From Octopus sinensis (lineage: Eukaryota), in NCBI RefSeq assembly GCF_006345805.1, contig NC_043014.1, positions 9,920,001-9,984,000 on the forward strand: DNA of 64,000 bases, read 5' to 3'. Made by a program: the position numbers and the translations under genes. Positions 11,624 to 25,596 of the stretch are shown here, piece by piece (within the stretch, counting starts at the first letter, position 1; every line of letters begins with the position of its first letter). The notes beneath the pieces were generated by a model. The model had not been told where the DNA came from and did no database searches. It worked only from the letters and a program-made list of their open reading frames with translations.

Positions 11624-11800
11624 TGTGTGTATGTGTATGTATGTTCATATATATGTGCTTGTGTTTTGTTAGTTGCTACACGTCGTTTGACATCCGGTGT
11701 TAGTTTGTTTACAATAGGGTGATCTAGCCGTTAAGCAAAATAGACCAATAACATAAGTACCAGACAACAATTGGTACCGATTGGTCCAACCAAACCTTTG
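11410..11800 (+). mobile_element. Diverged SINE family A-like copy
   Basis: GTGAGTGGATTTGGTCGACAGAAACT, central (TG)n and A-like tail. Confidence 0.55.
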
Positions 11801-13279
11801 AAGACAATACCGAGCTGTCCGATGACTAAAACAAGTGTGTGTGTGTGTGTGTGTGTGCGTGTGTGTGTGTGTGTGTATGGTGTGTGCGCATGTGTTGGTG
11901 TATGTGAGTGTGCATGCAGGGAGAGATAGATAGATATACAGACAGACAGAGAGGGAGAAATCTGGATATATCAAAGACTACTGATAATAATTACTGTACA
12001 GGCATGGGCCCAAGAACGGGGTAGGTGAAGGGAGTGCAAGCGCACCTCCTAAAGATTTTGTAGGGTACGTAATCAAAATTCGCACCCTTACTGTTCTTAA
12101 GTTTTGAAAACGATGCGTAAAAAGTAGCTTGAATTTAGATTTCTTCTCAAAGGACAAAAATAAATTTTTAAAAAAACTATATGACCGTGCTTCTAAAAAA
12201 AAAATTGAAACCTAGGTTTGTACCCGCTGAGTAAATTTCGTACCCCAGCCAGTGTATACAGGACATACTGCTCTATGCCTTTGTATAATATAGAAGGGTA
12301 CCAATCGGGTGTATCTATATAGCTGCAAGACAGATAAACAATATCGAATCTTCTTCAGGCCGCACGACAGTAATTTCAAAACAAAAACAACAAATGAATG
12401 ACTTCTGCAAGATACATAAAATCAAAAGAAAGACAGAAATTTTTACGCTCGAAACACAGTCACATCTGACTGATCAGGTTTGGGGAAAGGCTAAACGTCC
12501 AGAATATTAAAAACAATTAAATACACAAACAATTACCATCCGTTTAGAGTTTGCTTTAGAAAGGCCTCTATATACTTTAGTGTAAATGTTAGAGACACGG
12601 CAGGCTTATGCTTTTTGTACTGTTTACCTTATACTCATTCTCCTCGAATTACGACCGAATTCCGTTCCGACTGATAGGTCGTAAGTCGATCTGGTCGGAT
12701 GTAGGATTTATACTTTTCAACAATATTTTCATTCAAGCGTAACTGACGCTTGAAAACGAGTGAGTGAGAGACAGTGGCAGGCAGTGTATCCCTGGGTCTG
12801 TGAGAGGCCTGCGTTGCCAGAATCTGCCATAGCTATCTTACGCGCAGCTGCCCAACGTTCGAAAATCTATTTTTATTTATTCATTTATTTACTTCCTTAT
12901 CTTTTGTAGTTTTAAGTGCGGATGGTCGTAAGTCGCATAGGTCACATGTCGAGATGTGGATTGTGTCCATAAATTATCTTTACAATTAGAAAAATTCAGT
13001 AGAATACGAAAGATAGGGGTAACTCATCAGATTCTATAGGGAAAACATAGGTAAACAAATATAGCATTATAAGAAATATCAGATTACTTCCATGTCTGCA
13101 GCGTTGGTTGAATACAACATATCTGGTCGATAAATTACGGAACTTGTAAAGATAATTTATGGACACACAGTATAGATAAGTACTAAGTTAGTGTTTGGTA
13201 GGAGATACATTATTTCACTTAAAATAATCTTCTTTGATCTAAAGGATAAAAAACTCATAACAGAAACTTCCTTATAAGG

Positions 13280-13765
13280 CAAAAGAGTGGCTGTGTGGCA
13301 AGAAACTTGCTTCCCAACCACATGGTTCCGGCTTAAGTCTAACTGCGTGACACCTTGGGCAAGTGTCTCATACTATAGCCTCGGGGGCAACCAAAGCCTT
13401 GTGAGTGGATTTGGTAGACGGAAACTGAAAGAAGTCCGTCGTATATATATGTGCGTGTTTGTGTGTGTGTGTGTGTGTAAGTATGCATGCATGTATATAT
13501 GCGTGCATGTATATATGTATACATGTATGCAAATATATACCTATGTGCGCATGGCTTTGTGTCTGGTTTCTCCCGCCATCATCGCTTGACAAACGCTGTT
13601 GGTGTGTTTAGGCCCCCGTAATTCAGCGGTTCGAAAAAAAAAGTCCGACTGAATAAATACCAGGCTTAAAAAATAAGCGCTGCGGTCGATTCTCTCTAAT
13701 AAAAATTCAAGGCTGTGCCCCAGCATGGCCGCAGTCTAATGACTGAAACAAGTAAAAGAGAAAAT
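13280..13765 (+). mobile_element. SINE family A
   Basis: Head GTGGCTGTGTGG..., central microsatellite, tail CAGCATGGCCGCAGTC...AAGTAAAAGA. Confidence 0.85.
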
Positions 13766-14097
13766 ATACAAGTTATTCTTATGTATGTACAGGTATACGT
13801 TCTGTCATATATTCAACTATGCATTCATTTTGTGGAAGGAAATGTTTGAAACCAAACCGTTGTTTTATAGAAGGTAAGGATTCGCTGATATTACTCATGC
13901 TTGCTTGAATAATGGCTGGCTATTTTGATCTTAGTTATTGCTGGTATTTTAAAATTATGAACAATAGATATTTAAAAAGTGACATTACGTGTCATACAAG
14001 TGCCTGCCTTTGTCAGCAATCCAATGATGTGCAGACGACCCATTTGAGACGGTTATTTTTAGACCGGATTAATCAGATGTCTCAACGTGCAGACACA

Positions 14098-14128
<31 letters not shown>

Positions 14129-14551
14129 TATGCGCTCACACTCACACAGACTAATACACACACACAAAGAAACACGCGTACATTATTTTTCGAAAATGTT
14201 GAATTATCTCGTAGTTTCGATTACGAAAACTTAAGCGGATTCTAACTCACATTAATTTTGCAATTATATATTTATCACCCTTTAATCCTTGCAGGAGGCG
14301 CAATGTTGTTGTAAAATAGATGTGGTGTGATGGGGTGTTTTTATGATGTATAAATAGTATATTCAATAGAATGTTTGATAGGTAGGGCGAAAACGAAAAC
14401 AATAACAAATAGAATAGTGATTGATAGATAGATAGATAGATAGATAATACATACATACTTAGATCGATAGATAAATAGATAATACATACATACATAGATC
14501 GATAGATAGATAATACATACATGCATACATAGATCGATCGATAGATAGATA

Positions 14552-14960
14552 GATAATTTTCTTTATTGGCCACACAGGGCTGGACACAGAGGGGACAAAT
14601 ACAAATGTAGAGCTTTTCTTTTCGAAGATGGAAAAGGAAAAAGAAGAAAGAAGGAAACAAATTTAAAATTTCGATCAAAAGGGATACGAAAAAAAAAAGC
14701 GATCAAAAGGGATCGTGCATCACAGAAAGAATTTTTTTTTTTTTTTGAGTAACAAACAAGATTAGGTTCATCCGTGGAAAGAAAAGCCTACAGAAAAGAG
14801 CATAGTAACCTTAGGCAGGGTGGAAATAAACACACGAGAGCAAAGCGCTCTCTCTCTCTTTTGTGATTTTCAGGATCATGCTCAAAGTGGTTTCGTCACT
14901 CGCACGCACAATCTTTGCTACATTCACCCACCTTTTTTTGAAACTTTCACGGGACAAAAC
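14552..14960 (-). mobile_element. Tx1/L1-clade LINE 3' end abutting (GATA)n
   Basis: Homologous to 27695-28075. Confidence 0.7.
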
Positions 14961-14964
14961 CGTG

Positions 14965-15310
14965 ATAGATAGATGGATAGATAGAGGAATAAAACAAATA
15001 TTTAAAGGAGAGAAGTAGATCTGAAATGAAAGAGGAATGTCATTGATGTGGTGGCGAATAGCGACGAAAGTCGGTAAGAACCATAGCTGTTTGAGTTAAT
15101 GACCGAATGATTAATCAAACAGTCGCGTATCTAAATGGCTAGATGTTTAAACAACTGAGTAATAGAGATAAACGAAGTGAAATAGAACCAGTGCCTCTGT
15201 TTATCATTAACATAACGACCCTTCCGTGATACAACAAAACATGTTTCAACATACGAGTTCATATGAAGAACCTTGCAAAACGGATATAAACTAACGAAAA
15301 CATTGTTTTG
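14965..15310. mobile_element. Old Penelope-like repeat with decayed hammerhead core at about 15238-15270
   Basis: Minus strand CAUAUGA-AC-UCGUAU-GUU-GAAACAUGU; related to 4140-4500. Confidence 0.4.
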
Positions 15311-15324
15311 TTTGTCTGATATAC

Positions 15325-15541
15325 TCTTTTACTTGTTTCAGTCATTTGACAGCGGCCATGCTGGAGCACCGCCTTTAGTCAAGCAAATCGACCCCAGGAC
15401 TGGTTCTTTGTAAGCTTAGTACTTATTTTATCGGTCATTTTTGCCGAACCGCTAAGTTACGGGGACGTAAACACATCAGCATCGGTTTTCAAACGATGTG
15501 AGGGGGGACAAACAGAGAGACATAAACATACACACACACAG

Positions 15542-15572
<31 letters not shown>

Positions 15573-15715
15573 ATATATATTATATATATATATACGACAG
15601 GCTTTTTTCAGTTTCCGTCTACCAAATCCACCCACAAGCCTTTGGTAGGCCTGAGGCTATAGTAGAAGACACTTGCCCAAGGTGCCACGCATTGGGACTG
15701 AACCCGGAAACATGT
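15325..15715 (-). mobile_element. SINE family A
   Basis: Matches other A copies. Confidence 0.88.
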
Positions 15716-16229
15716 GGATACGAAATGATCACAAAATTTATGTAAACTTGTAGGGGAACTAAATAAATGAGTGATTGTTTATATGTTAAGGTCCATTCCA
15801 GAATTAAGAGAGAATAATAATTTACTAATCAATATCAAATAGGCGCTAGAATAAAAATATAGGAATGGACAACAGGAAACAGATTCGATCCTAGTTTTTA
15901 GATGGCTGTTTATTGTTAGCGAATTCAGAAGAGCGAAAACGAAGTTTGATTCTACACGATTTGAAATCACAACTTAAAGAGCATGGACACATGCCTCGAG
16001 AGTTGTAGACGATCGCTCTATGGCGTCTGCCAATCCAAAAACCATTTGGATACTAACTAAATATTATTGCGCTAGGCTACAAATCAATACGCTAACTACT
16101 GTAATAACGGCTATTATTATAACAAAGTATTAGGACTCCAATTATATAGATATATGTAAAGCATAAAGATTTTGTGAGAATATACTGTTTACACGGAATA
16201 TAATTTGCATCTGCGTGTTGTTCAATGCA

Positions 16230-16527
16230 CACAGGCATACATATACATACACATATACAGGCATATACACATACTCACACATACATATATACACACACGT
16301 GTGCACAAATTTATATATGCACGTTTGTGCGTGTGTTTCTGTCCATGAGTGTGGGCGTCTATATATATATTATGTATGTGAGCGTATTTTATACACACGC
16401 ACACACACACACATACACACACATATAAATATACATATATATGTCTATATGCACATAGGTAATACATTTATCAATAAAACACACAAATTCACACACTCAC
16501 ATACGCTCTCACACACATATGTATGTG

Positions 16528-16576
<49 letters not shown>

Positions 16577-16770
16577 TGTGTGTGTGTGCATATAGACATA
16601 TATATGTATATATATGTATATTTTTATATGTATATGTGTATGTGTGTGTGTGTATAAAATACGCTCACATAATATATATACGCGCACAAACACGTGCACA
16701 AACGTGCATATATATGTTTGTGTATAAGTGTGTGTGTTCTTGTGTGTCTGTATATCTGTGTGTGTCGTAC
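16230..16770. repeat. CA/TA-rich region with an inverted duplication
   Basis: TATGTGAGCGTATTTTATACACAC (about 16375) has its reverse complement at about 16648; other unique anchors also pair. Confidence 0.7.
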
Positions 16771-16997
16771 GTGCCGTACGCATTTCAGCGATTGATATTC
16801 CATTCTAATGAATGGTAAATGGATTCTGGGCAATATGAGACGAAAAGCTTATTGTTTCCAAACTAAACCTTCAATTGTTGATGTGTGTTCTTAATTACTT
16901 CGGGAAACATTTGTCAACATATCACAGCCCACCGTCATAATTACAGCTTTGTTTATGGTACAATTTTACATTTTTCTAGATATTTTCTACAAAGAGT

Positions 16998-17037
<40 letters not shown>

Positions 17038-17049
17038 TATATATATGTG

Positions 17050-17240
17050 TCAGAACGTTAGAACGCCGGGCGAAATGCGTAGCCGTATTTCGTCTGCCTT
17101 TACGTTCTGAGTTCAAATTCCGCTGAGGTTGTCTTTGCCTTTCATTCTTTCGGGGTCGATGTAATCGACTTAATTTCGTTTGTCTGTCCATATTTGTCCT
17201 CTCTATGTTTAGCCCCTTGTGGGTAGTAAAGAAACATATT
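17050..17240 (+). mobile_element. SINE family B
   Basis: B core and tail. Confidence 0.8.
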
Positions 17241-17364
17241 AGCGTATATATGTGTATATCTATATGTCTGTATGTATGTATGTATGTATGTATGTATGTA
17301 TGTATGTATGTCTGCCTGTATGTATGTATGTATGTATGTATGTATGTATGTATGCATGTATGTC

Positions 17365-17720
17365 ATTATTCAGTTTTATTTCAAGAATTCTTGCCAATAG
17401 AGAAATAACCTGTTTCTTATCTAGATCTAAAGCCCCTTCATTAAAATGTTAACTTGAACGGGGTACTTTTGCATGTATGAATATGTGCAGATTTGCATGT
17501 TTTATTTTAAGTATGTATTCTCATGCATATAGTTGCATATCTAGACATGCTCATATATCCTTATATGATAAACTTCTGGAAAGTTTTACAGATCTTTACA
17601 GTTCCAATGATGGCTTGGGTATGTAGTCTTCGAATGAGCTTTGTCCTTTCTGGTTTTCAGAAGCTTCATTTCTCAAGATTGGCATTTAGGTAGCGTGTTA
17701 CATAACCCAGTGCCCCATGT
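17365..17720 (-). mobile_element. RLE-type LINE 3' end, same family as 7745-8150
   Basis: Direct similarity; abuts (TATG)n. Confidence 0.65.
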
Positions 17721-17896
17721 ACCGATGTAGTATATATGCATATATGTGCGTGCGTGCGTGTGTATGCATACACCCGCGCATTTATGCGTAGGTGTGCGCG
17801 AGTGTATGCATATATGCATATTTATGTGTGTATGTATAATCTATAATTCATTTCCATGCTCAACACCGTTTGTCTTTGAATGGTTTTGGTAGAATA

Positions 17897-18280
17897 CCAA
17901 TTTCTTTACTATCCACAAGGGGCTAAACACAGAGGGGGACAAACAAGGACAGACAAACGGATTAAGTCGATTATATCGACCCCAGTACGTAAGTGGTACT
18001 TATTTTATCGACCCCGAAAGGATGAAAGGCAAAGTCGACCTCGGCGGAATTTGAACTCAGAACGTAGCGGCAGACGAAATACTTATTTCTTTACTATCCA
18101 CAAGGGGCTAAACACAGAGGGAACAAACAAGGACAGACAAACGGATTAAGTCGATTATATCGACCCCAGTGCGTAACTGGTACTTAATTTATCGACCCCG
18201 AAAGGATGAAAGGCAAAGTCGACCTCCGCGGAATTTGAACTCGCCCGGCGTGCTAACGTTTCTGCCAGCTCGCCGGCTTT
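17897..18280 (-). mobile_element. SINE family B tandem multimer
   Basis: Two tail-containing units plus a head remnant. Confidence 0.85.
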
Positions 18281-19559
18281 TGGCAGAATACCAGTTTGTT
18301 CTTTTATAAAAGAAGTAATGGGACTCCAATTGCCACGCTCCCATATCGCCATTTATTGTGAAAGGTTACTGTGGGTCGCCTTTCTTGAAGCTTCCTTGCT
18401 GTGCAACACGGCCAACTCAAAGGGAGATGAGAAGGAGAGCAAGAGATGCAAACAGAGACAGACAAACAGATAAATATACAGAGTGAGAAACGAAAGAGAT
18501 AGAGGGATGGAGACTATGTGAGAAGGAAGGTGAATGAAATGGAAGAATGGAACTGAACTCATGTATAACAATGTAAATATGTCTAAGTATCTGTAGGAAT
18601 TTTTGTGCGTGTGTGAGTGTATTTGTGTGAGTGCGTGTGCATTAGTGTGTATGTGAAAAGTGTATGTGTGTTACGTAAATGTGTGGAGTGGAGAACAGAC
18701 ATTTATGAATGACTTCCATCTTTTGACTCTTTCATTCATAAAACTATTTTTTATCATTCAGAAAGGAAACTGCGTCAACACAGCACCAAGCATCACATTC
18801 CACTGTTTATTACTTATCCGAGGCATTAATGCGGATCGATAGACACCGATTGCTGAACACTTCGGAGATCAGAAGAATGTATGAACGGAGAATCGCACCA
18901 ATTGATTTAGAGAGTGGGAAATATAGAATATAACCAGCCAATTCTTCGAATCTTGGATCCTGAACTGTGGATCCTGGCATGATCAAAATCAATAAGTGCA
19001 TCGATAGGATTGGAGTTCAAAACGAAGCGAGCTTTAAATGAATGCTTTAAGTTTATTGATCTACGGTCTAACAACACTGCTGCAATCTTCCGATTTGATT
19101 TATATATGGAAGACCGTAAAACGTTTTATATACATGCAGTCATAAATATGTGAGTGTGAGTATGTGTGCGGGAGATGGGGGCGCATGTGTGTGTATTTGT
19201 GTTGTATGAGTGTAGTAATTTTTTTCTCTTATGATTGAGGACACATTTTTCTGTTTCAGTCTCCCATTCTATGTGTGAATGAGTTTTTGTACATACGTGC
19301 TTAGATGTGTGAGCGCGTGTTTTTGTAAAATATATGCATACATACACACACGTATATATATATGCACACCTACATACATACATACATACATATATATAAG
19401 TGTATATATATATATATATATATTAATATATATATAAAATAGGTGAAAAAAAATTGGATATTAATTTAATAACATCAACTTAACACCAAGTGGTTTAGCG
19501 CATAAAAAACTGGGATACAGTTAAAATTAATACACAAATATAAGTGTGTCCAACCATGA

Positions 19560-21570
19560 ACGTACACGTGTACGTTCATAGTTGTGCTAATTCTCCTTGG
19601 GAACAATTCTTGGTGGTCGAGACCATTGCGGATCTATTTTTAGCGCAAGAGCGTCCACATAGTGGACCCTCTCTTATATCTGTATGTATATATATATATA
19701 TGTTAATAAAATAGAACATATGCTATATATAAAATATATGTACGTACCTACCTCTACATGTACATATACACGCATATATGTGTACAGGACACCAAAAAGA
19801 CGTCGAACACATAGAGGACGAAAAACATAGACACAAACCAAGGAACAAGACAAGCAAAAAAAGGAGATACAGGACAATAAGCACAACGAAAAATCCCCTT
19901 CTTCAGTCGCTAAGGTTTCATCTACTAAACGTTTCGAAGGATAAAAGCGAGACGTATACTTCGAGAAAAACTTCCTTCCCGCGAAAAGCAAATCAATTAA
20001 AATTCTGAGATCTTTTCGCAGAGGGGTAAAAAAAGCAAGACGGTAACGACAGTACAAACATATAAACAGTAAAAAATATATATATAAACAGTGGATATAT
20101 ATATACACACATAAATATGCGTCTTACCCGTTTTTGTTCTGGTGTTTGCTGAATTTCTCTAGAGAACATTCTTTTCTTTGTGGTTAGATTGTAAGTGATC
20201 TTCTTCTAGCATATTGGATGTCCACTTAGTGGTCATCCCTTCTTATACGCATGTAATGCAATCTTTTCTGAATTTTCAGCTTTTTCTATATGCTAGGTTA
20301 CTGGTTTTAAATTGATATAAATTAAATTCATATTCAATTTATCACCTCAATTATTTAAATTATAAACAGATAGATTGATATACATATATAGAACGCACAT
20401 ACACATCACACACACACATAGGTACATATTACATTTATAAGTATTCCATATATAATTTGGAAAATACAGAATGAAAATGATTTAAGAGAAATATCAGCGA
20501 ATGTCCAGCGGCATGTTGCTGATGACGTAAATCGAGGTAGAGACCATCGTAAACATTTGTCAATTTGTACCCAACTAATCAGAATAGCTTTTCCTGACTG
20601 CCACGTCAGGTTTGGATAAATTCTCCAAAATATTTCCAGAATTTATTTAGTGTACATTTACGTTGCTCCAATATGACAGACTTCAACTTTATGCATACGT
20701 CAACACACACGCATTCACACAGACACATACACACACACTCACACACATATGTATAAGTGTGTGTATATATATAAATTAAGAAATGGTGTTAAACGCAGGT
20801 GTTATTCAAATCGTCATGTGTATATGGGTGTATATATATAAATTAAGAAATGGAGTTAAAGGCAGGTGCTATTCAAATATTTATACTTTCGACATATGTT
20901 TCGAAGAAAACATTGGTATTATTCCTGGGGGAATAAAATGATGTAAAACAAAGTAATCAACTGATCAGGAGGAAAAAGAGAAACAAAATACAGCAATAAA
21001 CAATTTTAAGGGAATGTGATTACTGCGTATATGATGAAGGGAACGGTGCCAAGTTATATTTTTAAAACAAACGTTAAGAGATTTAACGTCGGGGGCAATT
21101 TAGAGAAATAGAAGGAGGAGAAAGAAAGAAATTAACAGAAATAAATTAAGATATGCCGGATGTATAAAGATTTGTATAACAGCTGCGTTTAAATCCCTTT
21201 CTTAAACATTTCACTAAACCCTGGAACATCTACCTTTAGAAGTAGGCTGTACTATCCTTGCCACTTATGTGAATTGTTATTCTGCTAAGTATTTATTTAT
21301 TTTCCCCTTGTTATTTGTACACATTTGAAAAAATACACGTACATTTATATATATATATATATATACATGTGTGTGTGTGTATGTGTTTTTTGTGTGTATG
21401 TACTATGTAATCGTTTTTTTTCGTATATTTTCATTTGCCTTGCTCATTTTTACATTTTGGCATTTTGCTGAGATTATTGTTGAGAACACATTCTTCGTGG
21501 TAGTGGCGATTTGACGTCTAAATTTAGCATATTAGGTGTCCACTTTAGTGGTCATTCCTCTTAATTTTAA
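19560..21570. repeat. Cluster of old, probably Penelope-derived repeats among TA/CA tracts
   Basis: Three related segments share a GTCCAC(T/A)TAGTGG(T/A)C core (about 19650, 20220, 21540); hammerhead-like remnant at about 20885-20975 (minus, GAAACAUAUGUC). Confidence 0.4.
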
Positions 21571-21627
21571 CATATATATATATATATATAATATATGATA
21601 TATATATATATGTATATATATACACAC

Positions 21628-22760
21628 GTTGGGTTAACCCATATTAATGAGTTTTTTTCTACTTCTAATATTTTTCAAAATTAGATAGGCATATTCTTTT
21701 TTAATCTTAAATATACCCTCCTTTATTTTCTACAATGCTCTTCCATCTATCAGACAGGCTTGTAAGGCCTGTGTTCCAAAATTCACTTGACTGTGATGTA
21801 AAGTACTCCTCTGGTACTGTTCTAACCTCGTCTACAGAATTCATATTTTTTCCATACAAATCATTTTGAAGACCGCGCAATAAATGATAATCAGATGGGG
21901 CAATGTGCAATGAAAATGGTTGGTGGGGCATCATTTCCCATTCAAGCTGCTTCAGGCTTTGGACCGTCACCTTTGCTGTATGTGGCCAAACATTATCCTG
22001 ATGGAAGAACATCTTGAAACCAAAGATGGACGTGTTTCTTCTAGTATTGACTTAAGCCGCTCAAGCTAGTCACAGTAGATCTCCTTTGTTATCGTGTGGT
22101 TTGGGTTTAAGAGTTGAAAGTCGATCAAACAGATCACAACACCTTATGTGGGTGAATACCTTCTTTAGCTTGGGGTGCTGGTGTTTCTCCTTTCTCTACT
22201 CAATACCTTCGGCGCTTGACATTTTTATAGAGAACCTATTTCTCGTCACACCAGTCACAATTCGATCCAGAAAAAGTTCATTCGTGACACGTGACAGCAA
22301 AGAAGAGCACACATTAACTCTCTGCGCACGATTAGATTCGGAAAGTTTGTGGGGAGAGCATTGACCCAATTTACTGACTTTTCCGATGGTAAGCACCTGT
22401 TGATAAATGGGTGAATGACAAAACCCTAGCTTCTCTGCTATTTCCTCAACAGTTACGATGGGATTTTGTTGCTCCAGGCTATGCAGGGCATTCTCATCGA
22501 GCTCTATAGGTCTTCCAGGATGACGCTCGTCTTCTGGGCTGTAGTTTCAAGCTCAGAATTTCTGGAACCACAGTTGGCAGTGGCTTACGCTTATTGTCGG
22601 ATCTCCATATACGGCATAAATATTCTGCATATTTACCGTTGCGTTGTTGGCTTTATTGAACTCATAAAGCAAAATATACCGAGAATGCTCCTTTGTCACT
22701 TCCATTATAGCTTTGGAGAAACATAGCAGTTAAAATAGAACTGCACTTTTCACAACTGGC
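21628..22760 (-). mobile_element. Mariner (Mos1/Hsmar1-like) element with decayed transposase at about 21707-22705
   Basis: MEVTKEH..ILLYEFNK N-terminus; FHQDN..PHTAK, PFSLHIAPSDYHL (YSPDLAPSDY motif) and WKSIVENKGGYI*; one terminal TTGGGTTAACCCATATTAATG seen. Confidence 0.9.
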
Positions 22761-23008
22761 ACTAAAAATAAGGACGAGGTAAAATAACTGCCTGCTTTTA
22801 TAGCAAGTTGATGCAGGTAGCTTATCCCGTCCCCAAGGTGCAGGAATAATATTAGCTTCAGGAAATCAGCAGAAAATATATAAAGCAAATTTCAAGATAA
22901 ATAGTGCTTTATTGAGATTCTTTAGTGCCTTTTTGGGGGATTCTTTTCTCATCGAAATACGATATTTTAAAATACAATTCATATTTTATAATACAATTCG
23001 AGGAATAC

Positions 23009-23059
<51 letters not shown>

Positions 23060-23071
<12 letters not shown>

Positions 23072-23502
23072 AAATTGAAGTTGTCTGTGTGTGTGTGTGT
23101 CAGATTTGGTAGCCCTCATATAACACTATCTCCTCCGAGACCCTGCGGCGCAAATTGACCAAAATTGTGAGTACGATAGAAAAAGGCTTGCTCTTCATTC
23201 CGTAAAGGAAGAAGTTCAAATCGGACCATGTTAACACCAAAAATATTTTACATCAAGAAAGTGCTTGTTTTTCTATGAAAATCCCTTTTTTTCTACGAAT
23301 TTTTTACTGCTGTGTCTCCATTTTCCGGTGTATTTCAACCAGAAAAATGTTCACTTAAAGAGAATAGCAAGCTACATGATGCAAAAGTTTTACTATTCAA
23401 AAAAGATTGAAACTATGTCAAAACTTCGCTTACGCGACATCAAAGTCTGCTGTTTTAAGCGAAACTAAAAAACAAACCCGAGCAACGCCGGGCTATAATG
23501 CT

Positions 23503-23504
<2 letters not shown>
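23060..23504 (+). mobile_element. Non-autonomous Helitron, relative of the 4516 and 4904 copies
   Basis: Same body; 3' hairpin CCCGAGCAACGCCGGG and CTGG terminus. Confidence 0.75.
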
Positions 23505-23541
<37 letters not shown>

Positions 23542-23999
23542 CAGTGAGAAACGCAGTATTAATAAGAACTTTATTGATCGCCAACTTCATTCGGGGTGTA
23601 TGATACAACGTAGAATACTGCGTTATTTGCCTTTAGACAACTTCTGATATGGACTGGTGGTGCATAAAAGCGATCGTTGACAGAGGGGCAGAATCGTCAA
23701 ATACGGCCGATGGAACTGCAAAATCACCTGATCTTCGCCTTCTTTTTCGGTTCCTCAATTACAGACATCCAGTAGAAACGTAGCAGCGGAATATCCCGTC
23801 ATGGATATATAAAGTCTGTCGGAAAAAGCCAATGCGTTATCTATCTTAGTTAGGCTATGATAGATGCCAATAATAATAGACATAAGATATATAGCTATAT
23901 TAATAATAATAATAATACAAATGATAATAATCACAGTACAAAGATCAGTGATTACTGTACTTTGCTTATTGATTATTGATCTTAATACCGTGCTTGATA

Positions 24000-25340
24000 T
24001 CACTAACACTGATTCTGAGGAAAGCAAAAGGTGACTATGTGTTCAAAAGCCGCCAATAAAAAGTCATGGATGTCCTCAACCTCTATGGTAAAGAGGAAGC
24101 CCAATTTCCCTCGTTGATGTGGGGTATAGCTTCAGTGCTGATATCAGAATGGAGTTCGGACAGAGAAAGGTGGGGTGTTACGCTTGAAGAGAGGGAACAT
24201 AAAATGTATGGACTGGCTAACGATAACATCGGGGAAAACTATAAAGAAGAGACGGGCTATAAGTACTTGGGGATTTTGGAAATGGATAAATTGATGGAGC
24301 ACTTAAGGTGGAGTACTTGCGCAGAATGATACTGATCCTTAAGTCGAAACTAAACGGACGGAATAGCATGGTATGTAAAAAATGCAACAGAACCGCTTTT
24401 ATTAGAAGTAAGAAGGTCAGGTTTGTGTAGAATGAAGGATAAAGCACTATACAAGAAATTGTAAAACGAATGAAACTGAAAATAGGTGGGTAAAGAAAAG
24501 AATGGATGGTCAATTTGATAAGGATGTTGAATATAAGACAGACGGAGAAAAAAGATGGCTGGGGTTGGCTAAAAGAGATCTAAAACCGGAAACGTAGGCT
24601 CTAATCTGTGCTGCCCAAGAACAAGCACTAAGAACAAACTGCGTAAAATACAGAATAGACAACACAGCAGAAAGTGGTAAGTGCAGAATCTATGGACAAA
24701 ACGTTGAAACCGCAGGGCATATTACCAGCCGATGTACTCCAATAGACCAGAAGGAATATAAGAGACGCCACGAGAATATAGCTAGGCTTATCCATTGGAC
24801 ACTTTGCTACAAGTATGGACTTGCCAGAGCAAAAAATTGGTACGACCACAAACCTGAAGTCATCGTCAAAAATAGAAATGCAAAGATTCTATGGGATTTT
24901 ATGATTCAGTGCGACCATGAGACAGAGAATAGGAAGCGGGACATAGTCTTGATCGATAAAGAAATCAAACTATGCTGGATCATAGATATAGCATGCCCAG
25001 CTGACAACATGGTATGCGATAAGGAAGAAAGAAAAGTCGATAGACATGACAGGTTAGCTTGGGAGGTTAAGAAGTTGTAGTTGATGGAAAAGGTAGCAGT
25101 AATAACAATAATTTTCGGAACCCTGGGAACAGTGAGCAAAAATCTCGAGAAGTACGTGGAACAAATAGGGCGTGCAATAAGGGTGGAGCACTTAAAGAAA
25201 CAGAACTGCTTGGATCCGCTCGAATACTCCGGAAGATGCTCGAAAAATAAGAGGTGTTACCTTCGTTCACTGGTAGTGAACAGCTGACACTGTAGTACAT
25301 TTACAGCGTTAGAAGCTGTGCAAAGGCAATAATAATAATA

Positions 25341-25376
<36 letters not shown>

Positions 25377-25388
25377 TAATAATAATAG
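24000..25388 (+). mobile_element. R4/Dong-like non-LTR retrotransposon fragment (RT C-terminus, CCHC finger, RLE, AAT tail)
   Basis: YKYLGILE; CRIYGQNVETAGHITSRC...KRRH; DIVLIDKEIKLCWIIDIACPAD; IIFGTLG; many stops; (AAT)n tail 25329-25388. Confidence 0.88.
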
Positions 25389-25596
25389 GGGCTGATTGCT
25401 ACCTAGCTCAGATAGCAAGAAACCCGAAAATGGCATAAATTCAAAAGATAGTGCTCGTGGGAACTACCCTTATCCTACGTAAAATACTTTCTATGTAATC
25501 TCAAATTTTAAAACAAACTCATAAGTTTAATGTTTTCTTAAACATTCTCTAGAACAATAGCATATACAAAACCAAATATATGACAGTCTTAAAGAC

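Noticed and set aside
12289-12510. About 70-codon open frame; also exon-like segments near 3900-3944, 13790-13873, 15902-16008 and 23750-23830
   Set aside because: No recognisable homology, conflicting strand signals, and lengths expected by chance
13020-13035. CTGATGA on the minus strand
   Set aside because: No downstream stem II-GAAA
19890-19945. Permuted hammerhead-like arrangement on the minus strand (GAAAC...CTGAAGA)
   Set aside because: Stem I does not pair and stem II is weak
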